A stretch of DNA of 64,000 nucleotides from Oribacterium sp. Its GTDB lineage: Bacteria > Bacillota > Clostridia > Lachnospirales > Lachnospiraceae. The DNA lies in NCBI GenBank assembly GCA_017627595.1, contig JAGAGL010000018.1, positions 3,935 to 67,934 of the forward strand, written 5' to 3'. Below are positions 36,819-48,802 of this stretch, in pieces. Under the pieces are notes generated by a model that searched no databases, was not told the DNA's origin, and was given only the letters and a program-made list of their open reading frames with translations. Every line of letters starts with the position of its first letter. Positions within the stretch are counted from its first letter, which is position 1. Made by a program: the position numbers and the translations under genes.

Positions 36819-37328
36819 TCAACCTGTGATCTCAGCTACAGTTTTACCGCGAAGTGCAGCAAACTCCTCAGGTGTCTTCATTGAAGTAAGACCTGTGATT
36901 GTAGCAAGAACGACATTTGTCTTATTGTTTGAACCTAAAGACTTTGTACGGATATTTCTGATACCGGCAAGCTCAAGAACTGAACGTGCAGGACCACCAG
37001 CGATGATACCGGTTCCTTCAGGTGCCTTCTTAAGAAGTACTGTCGCACTTCCAAACTTACCTACATAATCGTGTGGTACAGACTTCTCTTCTGTTACAGG
37101 AATTGTAACGATAGACTTGCAAGCAGCCTCACGTGCCTTACGGATAGCCTCAGGAACCTCAACTGCCTTACCGATACCACAACCTACATGGCCATTGCCA
37201 TCACCAACTACTACGAGAGCTGAGAATCTTACGGTACGACCACCCTTTACAGTCTTCGCAACACGCTTGATGGCAACGACGTTGTCGTTTAATTCTAACT
37301 GATTTACATCAATTCTTTCACGCTTCAT
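36819..37328 (-). CDS. rpsE: 30S ribosomal protein S5
   Basis: [15 protein letters not shown]. Confidence 0.99.
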   Translation of the reverse strand: MKRERIDVNQLELNDNVVAIKRVAKTVKGGRTVRFSALVVVGDGNGHVGCGIGKAVEVPEAIRKAREAACKSIVTIPVTEEKSVPHDYVGKFGSATVLLKKAPEGTGIIAGGPARSVLELAGIRNIRTKSLGSNNKTNVVLATITGLTSMKTPEEFAALRGKTVAEITG

Positions 37329-37348
37329 CTTGCTTGTTCTCCTCTCGA

Positions 37349-37711
37349 TTAGAATTCAAGGCCGGCTTCTCTGGCAGCATCTGCAAGAGCCTGAACCTTA
37401 CCGTGATAAAGGAAACCACCTCTGTCAAATACAACAGTCTTAATTCCCTTAGCCATAGCCTTCTCAGCAATTGCCTTACCAACATACTGAGCAGCCTCAA
37501 TGTTATTTGTAATCTCTAACTTTGCATCCTTATCAAGTGTTGAAGCAGCGCAAAGAGTGTTGCCTGCAACGTCATCGATAACCTGTGCATACATGTGCTT
37601 GTCAGATCTGAATACAGAAAGACGTGGTCTCTCTGGAGTACCAGATAAACGGTTTCTAAGTCTCTGGTGCTTCTTCTGGCGAAGTTCAGCCTTATTTCTC
37701 TTACTTACCAT
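37349..37711 (-). CDS. rplR: 50S ribosomal protein L18
   Basis: [17 protein letters not shown]. Confidence 0.99.
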   Translation of the reverse strand: MVSKRNKAELRQKKHQRLRNRLSGTPERPRLSVFRSDKHMYAQVIDDVAGNTLCAASTLDKDAKLEITNNIEAAQYVGKAIAEKAMAKGIKTVVFDRGGFLYHGKVQALADAAREAGLEF

Positions 37712-37727
37712 TTCACTTTCCTCCTAA

Positions 37728-38270
37728 TTATTTCTTACCAGTCTTACCAACCTTACGTCTGATAACCTCTGTAGCATACTTGATACCCTTGCCCTTATAT
37801 GGCTCCGGTCCTCTCTTGCTACGGATCTCAGCTGCGTACTGACCAACTTTCTCCTTGTCAATACCCTTTACGAAGATTGTGTTTGTACCCTCGAGAACTG
37901 TCTCAACGCCCTCAGGATCTTCCATAGTTACAGGATGAGAATAGCCAAGTGTAAGTGTAAGAGTCTTACCCTGCTTAGCTGCTCTGTAACCAACACCGTT
38001 GATCTCGAGCTTCTTCTCAAATCCGTTAGTAACACCGTCTACCATGTTCTGGAGAAGTGCTCTTGTAAGTCCGTGAAGGGACTTCTCTTTCTTATTATCA
38101 TTAGGTCTCTTAACAACAACTTCACCGTTGTTCTGCTCAAAAGTAAGCTCTGTAGCGAATGCCTTCTCAAGAGTTCCCTTAGGTCCCTTAACGGTTACGA
38201 GGTTGTTGTCCTTGATCTCAACAGTAACGCCTGCTGGGATAACTACCGGTAATTTTCCGATACGTGACAT
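37728..38270 (-). CDS. rplF: 50S ribosomal protein L6
   Basis: [15 protein letters not shown]. Confidence 0.99.
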   Translation of the reverse strand: MSRIGKLPVVIPAGVTVEIKDNNLVTVKGPKGTLEKAFATELTFEQNNGEVVVKRPNDNKKEKSLHGLTRALLQNMVDGVTNGFEKKLEINGVGYRAAKQGKTLTLTLGYSHPVTMEDPEGVETVLEGTNTIFVKGIDKEKVGQYAAEIRSKRGPEPYKGKGIKYATEVIRRKVGKTGKK

Positions 38271-38363
38271 ACTATGTCTCCTCTCTCTTAAATTCTCTGT
38301 TATTAAACAGTTTTCAGATGTTTACAGTTACTTGCTTTGATGCTCTTTTATCTGAATGGTCAA

Positions 38364-38765
38364 TTACCATACAAATGCAAGAACTTCTCCGCCAACGCCC
38401 TTTGCTCTTGCTTCACGATCAGTCATGATGCCCTGATTTGTAGAAACAATTGCAATACCAAGTCCGCCAAGAACAGATGGCATATTCTCCTTGCCAGCGT
38501 ATACACGAAGACCTGGCTTGGAAATTCTGCGAATGCCGCTGATGATCTTTTCGTTCTTTGTAGCGCCGTACTTAAGAGTTACCTTGATGTCCTTAAACTT
38601 ACCGCCATCAACCAGCTCATACTTCTTGATGTAACCTTCATTTACAAGGATGTCAGCGATAGCTACTTTCATCTTTGATGATGGGATGGTTACTGTGTCA
38701 TGCTTTGCAGTATTTGCGTTACGAATTCTTGTAAGCATATCTGCGATTGGATCACTCATACTCAT
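38364..38765 (-). CDS. rpsH: 30S ribosomal protein S8
   Basis: [20 protein letters not shown]. Confidence 0.99.
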   Translation of the reverse strand: MSMSDPIADMLTRIRNANTAKHDTVTIPSSKMKVAIADILVNEGYIKKYELVDGGKFKDIKVTLKYGATKNEKIISGIRRISKPGLRVYAGKENMPSVLGGLGIAIVSTNQGIMTDREARAKGVGGEVLAFVW

Positions 38766-38949
38766 TTTTACGGATATCCTTTCTCAAATAGTATTAAAAT
38801 AATTTTGTTATATATCCGGAATAAATCCGGACAAAGCAAATGCCACGTCTCCAGGGTGTTCTCACTCGGTCAGTCCATCCTATCATAAAGATATGATGCT
38901 TAACCAAATGGTACTGTGTGAACAGTACTTCCTGTGGCGCAACATTTAC

Positions 38950-38977
38950 ATTATAACCATTTCTTTCCGGGTTTCAA
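38950..38977 (-). promoter_or_regulatory. Internal sigma-A promoter upstream of rpsH
   Basis: TTGAAA-N16-TATAAT inside a 340-bp rpsN-rpsH spacer. Confidence 0.65.
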
Positions 38978-39104
38978 CCCGGTCTGGCGTATCTTTTAGA
39001 AATATTTTTGTATTTCTTTGAATACAATCCAGAAATTATCACCTTTGACAACATTTTGGAATCCTCCAAAACATTGCCATCGGCTCTAAATTGAAGTTAA
39101 GGAC

Positions 39105-39290
39105 TTACCAAGAAGCCTTCTTAACTCCTGGAATCTCACCCTTGTATGCTAACTCACGGAAGCAGATACGGCAGATGCCATACTTCTTGAGTACACTGTG
39201 TGGTCTTCCGCAGATCTTGCATCTTGTGTAAGCTCTTGTTGAGAACTTAGGTGCCTTCTGCTGCTTTAACTTCATTGATAACTTAGCCAT
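39105..39290 (-). CDS. rpsN: 30S ribosomal protein S14, Zn-binding type Z
   Basis: RCKICGR...ICRICFRE. Confidence 0.98.
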   Translation of the reverse strand: MAKLSMKLKQQKAPKFSTRAYTRCKICGRPHSVLKKYGICRICFRELAYKGEIPGVKKASW

Positions 39291-39302
39291 ATTTCCCTCC
39301 GA

Positions 39303-39842
39303 TTACTTTGCGAACGGCATGTTGAAAAGTCTGAGAAGTTCTCTAGCCTCTTCGTCAGTCTTAGCTGTTGTTACGAAGATAACGTCCATACCTCTAACCT
39401 TGTCAACCTTATCGAACTCGATCTCAGGGAAAATGAGCTGCTCCTTGAGTCCAAGTGCATAGTTTCCTCTGCCATCAAATGCATTAGGATTTACGCCTCT
39501 GAAGTCTCTTACTCGAGGAAGCGCAAGATTGATAAGTCTGTCAGCAAACTCATACATCTTCTCACCACGAAGAGTAACCTTGCATCCGATAGCCTGACCC
39601 TCTCTGATCTTGAAGTTTGCGACTGACTTCTTTGCTTTAGTTGTTACAGCGTGCTGTCCTGTAATGATCTCAAGATCACGAACTGCGCTGTCGAGAACCT
39701 TGGAATTTTCCTTAGCTTCTCCAACTCCCATGTTGATAACGATCTTATCAAGCTTAGGAATCTCGTTTACATTCTTGTAACCGAACTTCTTAGCCATAGC
39801 ATCCTTGATCTCGCTATTGTAAAGATCCTTTAATCTAGCCAT
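39303..39842 (-). CDS. rplE: 50S ribosomal protein L5
   Basis: [17 protein letters not shown]. Confidence 0.99.
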   Translation of the reverse strand: MARLKDLYNSEIKDAMAKKFGYKNVNEIPKLDKIVINMGVGEAKENSKVLDSAVRDLEIITGQHAVTTKAKKSVANFKIREGQAIGCKVTLRGEKMYEFADRLINLALPRVRDFRGVNPNAFDGRGNYALGLKEQLIFPEIEFDKVDKVRGMDVIFVTTAKTDEEARELLRLFNMPFAK

Positions 39843-39862
39843 TTTGAAATTCCTCCTTTCTC

Positions 39863-40168
39863 TTAGTCGATAACCTTACCAGTTTTCTTAGCAACTCTTA
39901 CCTTCTTGCCGTCCTTGATCTCGAAGCCAACACGTGTAGGCTGTCCATCAACTACAAGCATAACGTTAGAAGCGTCGATAGCTGCTTCCTTGTGAAGGAT
40001 ACCACCCTGAGGATTTCCCTGAGATGGCTTCTGGTGCTTAGTTACCATATTGCAGCCTTCAACGACAACCTTGTTGGTTGCGGGGTCAAAAGAAAGTACC
40101 TTGCCCTGCTTGCCATTGTCCTTACCGGCAATGATCTGTACCATATCGTCTTTCTTAATTCTACGCAT
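39863..40168 (-). CDS. rplX: 50S ribosomal protein L24
   Basis: KOW motif [12 protein letters not shown]; SNVML. Confidence 0.98.
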   Translation of the reverse strand: MRRIKKDDMVQIIAGKDNGKQGKVLSFDPATNKVVVEGCNMVTKHQKPSQGNPQGGILHKEAAIDASNVMLVVDGQPTRVGFEIKDGKKVRVAKKTGKVID

Positions 40169-40180
40169 CTGGTAACCTCC

Positions 40181-40549
40181 TTACAGTACTTCCGGAGCGA
40201 GTGAAACGATCTTCATGTAACCATGATCACGAAGCTCTCTAGCTACCGGTCCAAAAATACGAGTTCCCTTTGGTGTTCCATCGTCCTTGAGAATAACAGC
40301 TGCATTCTCATCAAACTTGATGTAGCTACCATCTTTACGGCGAATGTCGTCTACTGTTCTAACAACAACAGCCTTAACAACATCACCCTTCTTTACCTGT
40401 CCGCCAGGGATTGCATCCTTAACAGATGCTACGATTATATCTCCGACTGCAGCATATCTTCTGGTTGAGCCACCCATAACGCGGATGCAAAGGAGTTCTC
40501 TTGCACCTGTGTTATCAGCAACTCTAAGTCTTGTTTCCTGCTGAATCAT
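40181..40549 (-). CDS. rplN: 50S ribosomal protein L14
   Basis: [19 protein letters not shown]. Confidence 0.99.
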   Translation of the reverse strand: MIQQETRLRVADNTGARELLCIRVMGGSTRRYAAVGDIIVASVKDAIPGGQVKKGDVVKAVVVRTVDDIRRKDGSYIKFDENAAVILKDDGTPKGTRIFGPVARELRDHGYMKIVSLAPEVL

Positions 40550-40573
40550 ATAATGCTCCTTCCTTGCTCCTGA

Positions 40574-40828
40574 TTACTTAGCCTTCTCGATGATCTCTGT
40601 CAGTCTCCATCTCTTGGTCTTTGACAGTGGTCTTGTAGCCATAACCTTAACTGTATCGCCTACACCAGCCTCGTTGTTCTCGTCATGAGCGTAGATCTTA
40701 ACAGTTCTCTTAACGATCTTTCCGATTACCGGGTGCTTAACGTGATCTTCGATAGCGATAACGATGGTCTTGTCCATCTTTGCACTAACGACCTTACCGG
40801 TACGTGTCTTTCTAAGATTTCTCTCCAT
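40574..40828 (-). CDS. rpsQ: 30S ribosomal protein S17
   Basis: [21 protein letters not shown]. Confidence 0.99.
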   Translation of the reverse strand: MERNLRKTRTGKVVSAKMDKTIVIAIEDHVKHPVIGKIVKRTVKIYAHDENNEAGVGDTVKVMATRPLSKTKRWRLTEIIEKAK

Positions 40829-40845
40829 TGTTGTGCTCTCCTTTC

Positions 40846-41049
40846 TCACGCTTTAGCCTTCTCTGTGATAACTGTCTGAATACGCGCGATGTTCTTACGA
40901 ACCTCTGTTATTCTTGCTGTATTATCAAGCTGATTTGTAGCGTTCTGGAATCTCAGGTTAAAGAGTTCCTTCTTGGCTGAAACAAGGTCAGCATTGAGCT
41001 GCTCTGTTGACTTTGCCTTTAACTCATCTAAGTAGGTTTTCTTCTTCAT
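40846..41049 (-). CDS. rpmC: 50S ribosomal protein L29
   Basis: [15 protein letters not shown]. Confidence 0.98.
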   Translation of the reverse strand: MKKKTYLDELKAKSTEQLNADLVSAKKELFNLRFQNATNQLDNTARITEVRKNIARIQTVITEKAKA

Positions 41050-41477
41050 TAGTTATCACCGCCTTCCAGTTCGGCCTTGGAAACGATCTTGCAATTGCAA
41101 GGAAGCTTATGTGACGCAAGTCTAAGAGCCTCTCTTGCAGTCTCCTCAGGTACGCCAGCGATTTCGAACATTACTCTACCTGGCTTAACTACTGCTACCC
41201 AATATTCTACAGCACCCTTTCCGGAACCCATTCTGACTCCGAGAGGCTTAGCTGTGATTGGCTTGTCAGGGAAGATCTTGATCCAAACCTGACCGCCACG
41301 CTTAATGTATCTTGTAAGAGCAACTCTGGCTGCCTCGATCTGGTTTGATTTGATCCAGCAAGGCTCAGTAGCGATGATACCATACTCACCATAAGCAATC
41401 TTGTTGCCTCTGGTTGCTTTGCCCTTCATGTTTCCACGAATCTGCTTACGATACTTCGTTCTCTTTGGCATTAACAT
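41049..41477 (-). CDS. rplP: 50S ribosomal protein L16
   Basis: [15 protein letters not shown]. Confidence 0.99.
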   Translation of the reverse strand: MLMPKRTKYRKQIRGNMKGKATRGNKIAYGEYGIIATEPCWIKSNQIEAARVALTRYIKRGGQVWIKIFPDKPITAKPLGVRMGSGKGAVEYWVAVVKPGRVMFEIAGVPEETAREALRLASHKLPCNCKIVSKAELEGGDN

Positions 41478-41479
41478 AA

Positions 41480-42142
41480 TTACTTATCGCTCCCTTCCTT
41501 GTTTTTCTTGGCAGGAAGAACCTCTCCCTTGTAAACCCAAACCTTAACACCGAGCTTACCATAAGTTGTGTCTGCCTCTGCAAAACCATAGTCGATGTCA
41601 GCTCTTAATGTCTGAAGAGGAATTGTTCCCTCAGAATAGAACTCACGACGAGCGATATCAGCACCGCCGAGACGTCCGCCAACAGATGCCTTGATACCAA
41701 GAACACCTGACTTCATGGTTCTCTGCATAGCCTGCTTCATAGCTCTTCTGAAAGATACACGGTTCTCAAGTGACTGAGCGATGTTCTCTGCAACAAGCTG
41801 AGCATCACGGTCAGGTCTCTTGATCTCCTTGATATCGATGTTTACATTCTTTGATGTAAGCTTCTGAACGTCTTTTCTAACCTTCTCGATCTCTGCGCCG
41901 CCCTTACCGATTACGAAACCGGGCTTTGCTGTAAAGATAACTACACGAACCTTGTCGTTTGCAGCTCTCTCGATCTCGATCTTGGAAACACCTGCAGAAT
42001 AAAGTCTCTTCTTCAGGAATTTTCTGATATTGTAGTCCTCAACAAGTGTATCGCCAAAGTTCTTCTTGTCAGCATACCACTTGGAATCCCAATCTTTAAT
42101 AACGCCGACTCTTATGCCGTGCGGATTGACTTTCTGTCCCAT
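41480..42142 (-). CDS. rpsC: 30S ribosomal protein S3
   Basis: [18 protein letters not shown]. Confidence 0.99.
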   Translation of the reverse strand: MGQKVNPHGIRVGVIKDWDSKWYADKKNFGDTLVEDYNIRKFLKKRLYSAGVSKIEIERAANDKVRVVIFTAKPGFVIGKGGAEIEKVRKDVQKLTSKNVNIDIKEIKRPDRDAQLVAENIAQSLENRVSFRRAMKQAMQRTMKSGVLGIKASVGGRLGGADIARREFYSEGTIPLQTLRADIDYGFAEADTTYGKLGVKVWVYKGEVLPAKKNKEGSDK

Positions 42143-42156
42143 TTATATGCCTCCTT

Positions 42157-42546
42157 TTACTTTCTCTCGTCCAAAACTACTGTAATGTGTGAGTTTCTCT
42201 TTAAAATTCTGTAAGCTCTGCCCTGTGCTCTTGGATGAATTCTCTTCATTGTAGGAGCCGCACCTGCATAGCACTCAGCAACATAAAGATTGTCTCTATT
42301 CATGTTGTTGTTGTTCTCTGCATTAGCTGCAGCAGACTCAAGAAGCTTCTTTACTAATGTAGAAGCATATCTAGGGTTGTATGAAACAATACCGAGTGCT
42401 TCTTCAAGATTCTTGCCTCTGATGGCATCAAGAACGAAGCATGCCTTCTGAACTGATACTCTTGCATATGAAAGAGTAGCTGAAGGTCTCTTTACAGTAT
42501 TTGCATTTCTCTCTCTCTTAATCTGAGATCTATGACCTTTTGACAT
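42157..42546 (-). CDS. rplV: 50S ribosomal protein L22
   Basis: SAAANAENN, PRAQGRA, SHITV. Confidence 0.98.
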   Translation of the reverse strand: MSKGHRSQIKRERNANTVKRPSATLSYARVSVQKACFVLDAIRGKNLEEALGIVSYNPRYASTLVKKLLESAAANAENNNNMNRDNLYVAECYAGAAPTMKRIHPRAQGRAYRILKRNSHITVVLDERK

Positions 42547-42580
42547 TGTTGAAATGTCCTCCTTTCAAATATGCGTAAGT

Positions 42581-42853
42581 TTAAGCTCTCTTCTCGTTAC
42601 CGCTGTGACCGTGGAAAGTTCTTGTTACAACGAACTCACCAAGCTTGTGGCCAACCATGTCCTCTGTAACATATACAGGAACGTGCTTTCTTCCATCATG
42701 TACCGCAATCGTGTGACCAACAAAAGATGGGAAGATTGTGGAACGACGAGACCAAGTCTTGATAACTGACTTGTTTCCGGAAGCGTTCATTGCATCAACT
42801 GCCTTCTTAAGTGAAGCATCGATGAATGGTCCTTTTTTAATTGAACGTGCCAT
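42581..42853 (-). CDS. rpsS: 30S ribosomal protein S19
   Basis: [16 protein letters not shown]. Confidence 0.99.
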   Translation of the reverse strand: MARSIKKGPFIDASLKKAVDAMNASGNKSVIKTWSRRSTIFPSFVGHTIAVHDGRKHVPVYVTEDMVGHKLGEFVVTRTFHGHSGNEKRA

Positions 42854-42872
42854 ATTTTTCTCTCCTCCTCAA

Positions 42873-43718
42873 TTATTTGATGGCTCTACCATCGCGTCTT
42901 CTGATAATAAGCTTATTAGAAGCCTTCTTCTTGTTACGTGTCTTAAGTCCAAGTGCCGGCTTGCCCCAAGGAGTGCAGGGACCCGGTCTTCCGACTGGAG
43001 CTCTTCCTTCTCCACCACCGTGAGGGTGATCGTTAGGGTTCATAACAGAACCACGAACTGTTGGACGCCATCCCATGTGTCTCTTTCTTCCGGCCTTACC
43101 GATATTGATAAGGTTGTGATCTCCGTTACCTACAACACCGATTGTTGCACGGCACTCGATAGGAACCATTCTCATCTCGCCTGAAGGAAGTCTAAGTGTT
43201 GCATACTTTCCTTCTCTTGCCATAAGCTGAGCAGCGTTTCCTGCTGAACGCACCATACGTGCGCCCTTACCCGGAAGGAGCTCGATAGCATGTACGTTTG
43301 TACCTACAGGGATCTTTGAAAGAGGAAGGCAGTTACCTACTCTCGCTTCAGCATCAGGACCGCTCATAACCTTCATGCCGTCTGTAAGACCGTTAGGAGC
43401 AAGGATATATGCCTTTGTTCCATCAGCATATGCGATAAGAGCGATGTTTGCTGTTCTGTTAGGATCATACTCGATTCCGATTACCTTTGCAGGGATACCA
43501 TCCTTGCTGTTTCTCTTGAAATCGATGATTCTGTATTTCTGTCTGTTTCCGCCACCCTGATGACGAACAGTGATCTTACCTTGATTGTTTCTGCCGGCAT
43601 TTTCCTTAACTGTTGAAAGAAGTGATCTCTCAGGAGTCTTCTTTGTGATCTCGGAAAAGTCTGAACCGGTCATGTTTCTTCTCGAAGGTGTATAAGGTTT
43701 ATATGTCTTTATACCCAT
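42873..43718 (-). CDS. rplB: 50S ribosomal protein L2
   Basis: [20 protein letters not shown]. Confidence 0.99.
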   Translation of the reverse strand: MGIKTYKPYTPSRRNMTGSDFSEITKKTPERSLLSTVKENAGRNNQGKITVRHQGGGNRQKYRIIDFKRNSKDGIPAKVIGIEYDPNRTANIALIAYADGTKAYILAPNGLTDGMKVMSGPDAEARVGNCLPLSKIPVGTNVHAIELLPGKGARMVRSAGNAAQLMAREGKYATLRLPSGEMRMVPIECRATIGVVGNGDHNLINIGKAGRKRHMGWRPTVRGSVMNPNDHPHGGGEGRAPVGRPGPCTPWGKPALGLKTRNKKKASNKLIIRRRDGRAIK

Positions 43719-43795
43719 GACTTGTTTTCTCCTTTTTTGATGTCACGTATAATAGAGAATTTTTCACGTGACTGTGTATGAATTGTTAATCCTTA

Positions 43796-44095
43796 TCAAA
43801 GGCCCTTAAAAATCTCGATATCCTTTGAATCTTCTGTAAGTGTAACGATAGCCTTCTTTGTCTTGGCAGTTTTACCGAACTTGAGGCCTCTTCTCTTTGT
43901 CTTGCCGTCAGCGTTCATTGTGTTAACAGCCTTAACCTTTGTTCCTTCGAACATCTTCTCAACGGCTTCCTTAACCTGAGTCTTTGTTACAAGTGGATTA
44001 ACAAGGAATGTATACTTCTTGGATGCCATCTCACCCATTGACTTCTCAGTGATAACCGGGCGAAGAATAACGTCATAATACTTAATGTCTGCCAT
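43796..44095 (-). CDS. rplW: 50S ribosomal protein L23
   Basis: PVITEKS, KKAIVTL. Confidence 0.98.
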   Translation of the reverse strand: MADIKYYDVILRPVITEKSMGEMASKKYTFLVNPLVTKTQVKEAVEKMFEGTKVKAVNTMNADGKTKRRGLKFGKTAKTKKAIVTLTEDSKDIEIFKGL

Positions 44096-44715
44096 TATGC
44101 GTATACCTCCTGAATCTTCTCAACAGCTGCCTTTGTAGCAACTACTGTCTGGTACTTAAGAACGTCATAAACATTGAGCTCATTTACGCCTGCTGTCTTA
44201 ACGTCCTGGATATTTCTTGCTGAAAGAATAACATTCTTGTCGTTTGAATCAAGAAGAACGAATGCCTTGTTTACCTTGAAGGCATCAAGCATAGCCTGGA
44301 AGTTCTTTGTCTTGATCTCTGCAAGCTTGATATCGTCAACAATGATAAGCTTGTTCTCAGCTACTGCGTTGGAAAGTGCAGACTTAAGAGCTGCTCTCTT
44401 TTCCTTCTTGTTCATTGTTGTTGTATAGTCACGTGGTGTAGGTGCGAATACTACTCCGCCGCCCTTCCACTGCGGTGCTCTGATAGAACCCTGTCTTGCA
44501 TGTCCTGTGCCCTTCTGTCTCCAAGGCTTTCTTCCGCCTCCTGAAACTTCAGAACGAGTTAATGCTTTCTGTGTGCCCTGACGCTTGTTAGCAAGCTGAG
44601 CAACAACTGCGAGGTGAAGAAGGTGCTCGTTAACCTCAACTCCGAAAACGGAATCATTGAGATCCATCTTGCCAACTTCCTTACCCTGCATATCAAATAC
44701 TGATACGTTAGCCAT
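44095..44715 (-). CDS. rplD: 50S ribosomal protein L4
   Basis: [12 protein letters not shown]. Confidence 0.99.
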   Translation of the reverse strand: MANVSVFDMQGKEVGKMDLNDSVFGVEVNEHLLHLAVVAQLANKRQGTQKALTRSEVSGGGRKPWRQKGTGHARQGSIRAPQWKGGGVVFAPTPRDYTTTMNKKEKRAALKSALSNAVAENKLIIVDDIKLAEIKTKNFQAMLDAFKVNKAFVLLDSNDKNVILSARNIQDVKTAGVNELNVYDVLKYQTVVATKAAVEKIQEVYA

Positions 44716-44740
44716 CTATATGTTCCTCCTTTCTTTCGTC

Positions 44741-45370
44741 TCAGGCCTTTACTGCTTCTTTAACAGTAATAAGTGCCTTCTTAGGTCCCGGTACAGCTCC
44801 CTTGATAAGAAGCAGGTTGTTCTCTGCATCAACCTTAACGATTGTAAGGTTCTGTGTTGTAACCTTTACAGCACCCATGTGTGAAGGCATTGCCTTACCA
44901 GGAAGTACTCTTGAAGGTGTTGCAGATGTACCGTTAGAACCCTGGTGACGGTGGAACTTGGAACCGTGACCCATAGGTCCTCTGTGCTGACCATACTTTC
45001 TGATAGCTGACTCGAATCCCTTACCCTTTGAAATAGCGGTAACGTCTACCTTGTCACCCTCAGCAAAGATGTCTGCCTTAATCTCATCTTTTACATTGTA
45101 GTTCTCAGCATCCTCAAATCTGAACTCTCTGAGGAATCTCTTGCAGGAAACGCCAGCCTTATCGAACTGACCCTTCTGTGGCTTGTTAACAAGCTTCTCT
45201 CTCTTGTCCTGGAAGCCTACCTGTACTGCTGCGTAACCGTCATTCTCTACTGTCTTAACCTGTGTTACAACACAAGGACCAGCCTGAAGTACAGTTACTG
45301 GAATCAACACGCCATCTTCGTTCCAGATCTGTGTCATTCCTACTTTTGTCGCTAAAATAGCTTTCTTCAT
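44741..45370 (-). CDS. rplC: 50S ribosomal protein L3
   Basis: KVGMTQ, SKGKGF, KGAVPG. Confidence 0.99.
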   Translation of the reverse strand: MKKAILATKVGMTQIWNEDGVLIPVTVLQAGPCVVTQVKTVENDGYAAVQVGFQDKREKLVNKPQKGQFDKAGVSCKRFLREFRFEDAENYNVKDEIKADIFAEGDKVDVTAISKGKGFESAIRKYGQHRGPMGHGSKFHRHQGSNGTSATPSRVLPGKAMPSHMGAVKVTTQNLTIVKVDAENNLLLIKGAVPGPKKALITVKEAVKA

Positions 45371-45422
45371 TGTTTCTCCTTTCTACAGCGGAGTCCGATA
45401 TCTCAGACTCATTCTAGAATCA

Positions 45423-45740
45423 TTACTTGTTCTTCATTTTGATATCAACGTAAACGCCTGCTGGCATCTCGAGTCTCTGAAGAGCATCCATTGTCTTCTG
45501 GTTAGGACTGATTACGTCGATAAGTCTCTTGTGAGTTCTCTGCTCGAACTGCTCACGTGAATCCTTGTACTTATGTACAGCACGAAGGATAGTAACAACT
45601 TCCTTCTTTGTAGGAAGTGGTACCGGTCCGGAAACCTGTGAACCTGTCTTCTTGCAGTTCTCCACAATCTTTGCAGCTGATTCGTCCACAAGTGTGTGGT
45701 CATAAGCCTTAAGTGTGATTCTCATTACTTGACTTGCCAT
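45423..45740 (-). CDS. rpsJ: 30S ribosomal protein S10
   Basis: GPVPLPT, SREQFE.RTHKRL. Confidence 0.99.
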   Translation of the reverse strand: MASQVMRITLKAYDHTLVDESAAKIVENCKKTGSQVSGPVPLPTKKEVVTILRAVHKYKDSREQFEQRTHKRLIDVISPNQKTMDALQRLEMPAGVYVDIKMKNK

Positions 45741-46099
45741 AAAAAAAGTCGCCTCCTATCGGTTATTTGACGATAAGTCGGTGACTGTACATTAACTGCA
45801 TGCGAAACAATCGTGAGATGAAAGTTTCCCTGCATCAAAATCCATTTGCTGTGTAATGGATTAAATTGTAGTACAGTGACCTGCCGTCAGTTTCTAAACT
45901 AGACATTCGCTCCATGAAGTTCTCTTATATGCCTTATACTTGGTTGCCGTATCAGCTCTCAGGCGGAACCCGCAGGTTCACTGGATCTTTTCAGATAATA
46001 CTGTACGGATCTTGGCTTTCGTCCATATAAGCAATCTTCATTTCTTCGCTATCATGTCACAGCGAATACTAAGATAACACACGCTTTTTTATATTTCAA
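45741..46099 (-). promoter_or_regulatory. S10 operon promoter and long leader (possibly the S10-Clostridia leader RNA)
   Basis: TTGAAA-N17-TATCTT at 46099-46071; about 320 nt untranslated leader; Rfam identity not verified. Confidence 0.5.
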
Positions 46100-46275
46100 G
46101 CGGTAATTTCGAAAAAATGTATAAAATCTGATACATTTCCACCGAGCCGTGCGTATCTTTATTAATGTACCGCGCGGCAGGTTCACACCCCGCCGTGCGT
46201 GTCATATATTAACACCGGCGTTCTTTAATTGCAACAACTTTTTTCAAAAAATTCCAACGGGGACGGCATTATCGC

Positions 46276-46312
46276 AAAAAAAGAAACCCGGCATGTGCAA
46301 CCGGGTTTCTTC
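46276..46312. terminator. Intrinsic terminator
   Basis: AAGAAACCCGG-catgtgcaa-CCGGGTTTCTT. Confidence 0.8.
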
Positions 46313-46328
46313 TTATATAAACATCATA

Positions 46329-47582
46329 TTAATCTATATCATCGATATCAGGTGAAGTTGCCTCCAGTACAGCGAAGCTTCCTTCGATATTTTCCTTAAG
46401 GGTTCCGTCTCCGTTAGTTGAAACCTTGTTGCCGTCTGAATCCTTGAGGTTCTTCTTGCTCTTCTGAACAGAACCGCTGGTGGATATTACGTAATCCTTT
46501 CCTTCAACGTTGCAGACCATATACTTGCTGTCGGAATCTGCACACTGAAGCTTACCGTTGTAGTAGAGGTAACCGTCCTTTACGCCTGTATATCCTCTTC
46601 CGTTGGTCTGTGCATAGAAGGTAATACGGTCGCCATCAGCCTCTGTCATGGAGAATCTTCCGGTCTTTACAGAACAGTCAGACTTGCTTGAACCGCAATA
46701 GTAATAGTGAGTAGTGCTGTCATTTTCTGTACATCCGAGCTGCATTCCGTATACCGGATTTCCTTTTTCATTAAACAGATATCTCTTGTTGTTTACTGTA
46801 CAAACCTGATAAGCATTGCTGTTTCCTGCCGCAACATATCCTGACGGCTTGAAGTAGAAATACTCAACATCTCCTGTTGCGAGATCCTTATCGAAGGAGC
46901 CTGACCCAGATGACTCAAGAGGACCTACTGTTGTGTACCAGGTTCCGGATATCTGCTGTCCCTGCTTGAAGTTTCCGTCTGTCTTTTCAGCAAAGAACAT
47001 GTAGCCTGCGATCTCAGGTGATGTATCCTTAACCTTGGCCCAGCCAAGCTGCATAACACCATTCTCATCAAAGCCGTACTTTATACCGTTTATGGTCTTT
47101 ACGGCTACATTCTCACCATCCGCGAAATACTTCTGTGAATTACTTGTATTAAAGAAGAACCATGCATAGGAGCCTGCGGAAAAATTCGTATTATCTGAAT
47201 AGTAATATGCGAAATCATCAGGAATAGGAATATACTTCCAGCCTGTCACTGCGGCACCTGAGTTGGGATCGCAATAATACTTGTACTCATCGATCCATCC
47301 GGTCTGCATAACACCGTTTTCATCGAAATAATACTTATTGCCGTTTACTGTCTGCCAGCCACCCTTACGTAAGGTTCCGTCCTGTGTAGCGTAATACCAT
47401 ATAACAGATCCGCCGTCATTGGCCTTTATCCAAGAATTGGTAACAACATTTCCTGTATCCTGAACATATACCTGATCGCCTTTTGCGTTTGTTGTCCAGC
47501 CTGCAGCCATAACATGGATGGCAGAAATCGCAGCCAACACTCCGGTCGTCAATGCAAGTTTTGCAATTTTTCTTCTTAACAT
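46329..47582 (-). CDS. Secreted cell-wall-binding repeat protein
   Basis: Signal peptide MLRRKIAK..VMA-AGW; GWQTVNGNKYYFDENGVMQTGW repeats. Confidence 0.82.
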   Translation of the reverse strand: MLRRKIAKLALTTGVLAAISAIHVMAAGWTTNAKGDQVYVQDTGNVVTNSWIKANDGGSVIWYYATQDGTLRKGGWQTVNGNKYYFDENGVMQTGWIDEYKYYCDPNSGAAVTGWKYIPIPDDFAYYYSDNTNFSAGSYAWFFFNTSNSQKYFADGENVAVKTINGIKYGFDENGVMQLGWAKVKDTSPEIAGYMFFAEKTDGNFKQGQQISGTWYTTVGPLESSGSGSFDKDLATGDVEYFYFKPSGYVAAGNSNAYQVCTVNNKRYLFNEKGNPVYGMQLGCTENDSTTHYYYCGSSKSDCSVKTGRFSMTEADGDRITFYAQTNGRGYTGVKDGYLYYNGKLQCADSDSKYMVCNVEGKDYVISTSGSVQKSKKNLKDSDGNKVSTNGDGTLKENIEGSFAVLEATSPDIDDID

Positions 47583-47788
47583 ATAACACCCTCCTGATGA
47601 TCCTCCGAAAGCTGTCTCTTTCAGAGTCATCACTCTCAAAAACCTGTCTTCTCCACAAGTTATCTTTTCTTGATTTAATAATAGCTTTCAGGGATATTAA
47701 TTGCAATTTCTATTCCATTAATAATCGGCGTGATTTAATTACGATTATCTTACATCAACTGGTTCCGGGAAGTGCGCATTTACAATAA

Positions 47789-48802
47789 TTATTTCATATT
47801 TCTGACCCACCTGCCTGAGCACCCGCAGGGAAGCACCAGTCCGTTTTCGGTCACAGGAAGTCCTACTTCTTCAGAATGTATCTCTCCGCCGAATTTATTT
47901 TTAATGATAACTCCCAGCATATAGCTCATAACCGCAGGCTGAAGTCCGGTGGTGTATGAATTTATAAGGAAGAAAAGGCTCTTGTCGGTAAGAAGCCTGG
48001 AAGATAACTCTATAAGCTGATAAACCGCATCCTCTATCTTCCATATCTCGCCCTTAGGTCCTCTTCCGTAGGATGGGGGGTCCATAATGATGGCGTCATA
48101 TTTATTGCCGCGGCGGATTTCTCTTTCAACGAACTTTGTACAGTCATCAACAAGCCATCTGATGGGGGCCTGTGAGAGTCCCGAGGCATCGGCATTCTCC
48201 TTTGCCCACTGAACCATACCCTTTGAGGCATCCACATGGGTAACATGTGCGCCTGCTGCGGCTGCTGCCAATGTTGCTCCCCCTGTGTAGGCAAAGAGAT
48301 TTAACACCTTTACAGACTCTTCCAATCCCTGGGCCTTACGTCTGTTGACTTCACCGAGGATCTCATTGGAAAACCAGTCCCAGTTTGCCGCCTGCTCCGG
48401 GAAAAGTCCCGTATGCTTGAAGGCAAAGGGCTTTAAGTGGAAGGTTAATGTTCTGCTCTTTTCCGGCAGCTTTTCAAGATTTTCATACACCGGTGCCACC
48501 GGTCTGTAGGTTTCTTTATTCCTCTCATCAAAATTTGAAGGGCGTGCTGCGGTTCCTCCCAATACATAGGATATCTTCCACTGCTTCGGGAGATCAAAGA
48601 ACTCCCACTCTCCGCCACCTCTTTCGGAACGATGATAGTGTCCGTTCAGCTTCTTCCAATTCGGATTTTTAAAGGGGGTCTGCCAGATTACCTGTGGATC
48701 GGGTCTCCGAAGAATATATTTACCCCATCTCTCCAGCTTATCTCCGGAACTTGTATCTATAACTTCATAATCTTTCCAATGATCCGCAATAAACATTATC
48801 AT
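47789..48802 (-). CDS. Class I SAM-dependent methyltransferase (RlmI/RlmK-like)
   Basis: HTGLFPEQ, VLNLFAYTGG, DPPSY. Confidence 0.88.
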   Translation of the reverse strand: MIMFIADHWKDYEVIDTSSGDKLERWGKYILRRPDPQVIWQTPFKNPNWKKLNGHYHRSERGGGEWEFFDLPKQWKISYVLGGTAARPSNFDERNKETYRPVAPVYENLEKLPEKSRTLTFHLKPFAFKHTGLFPEQAANWDWFSNEILGEVNRRKAQGLEESVKVLNLFAYTGGATLAAAAAGAHVTHVDASKGMVQWAKENADASGLSQAPIRWLVDDCTKFVEREIRRGNKYDAIIMDPPSYGRGPKGEIWKIEDAVYQLIELSSRLLTDKSLFFLINSYTTGLQPAVMSYMLGVIIKNKFGGEIHSEEVGLPVTENGLVLPCGCSGRWVRNMK

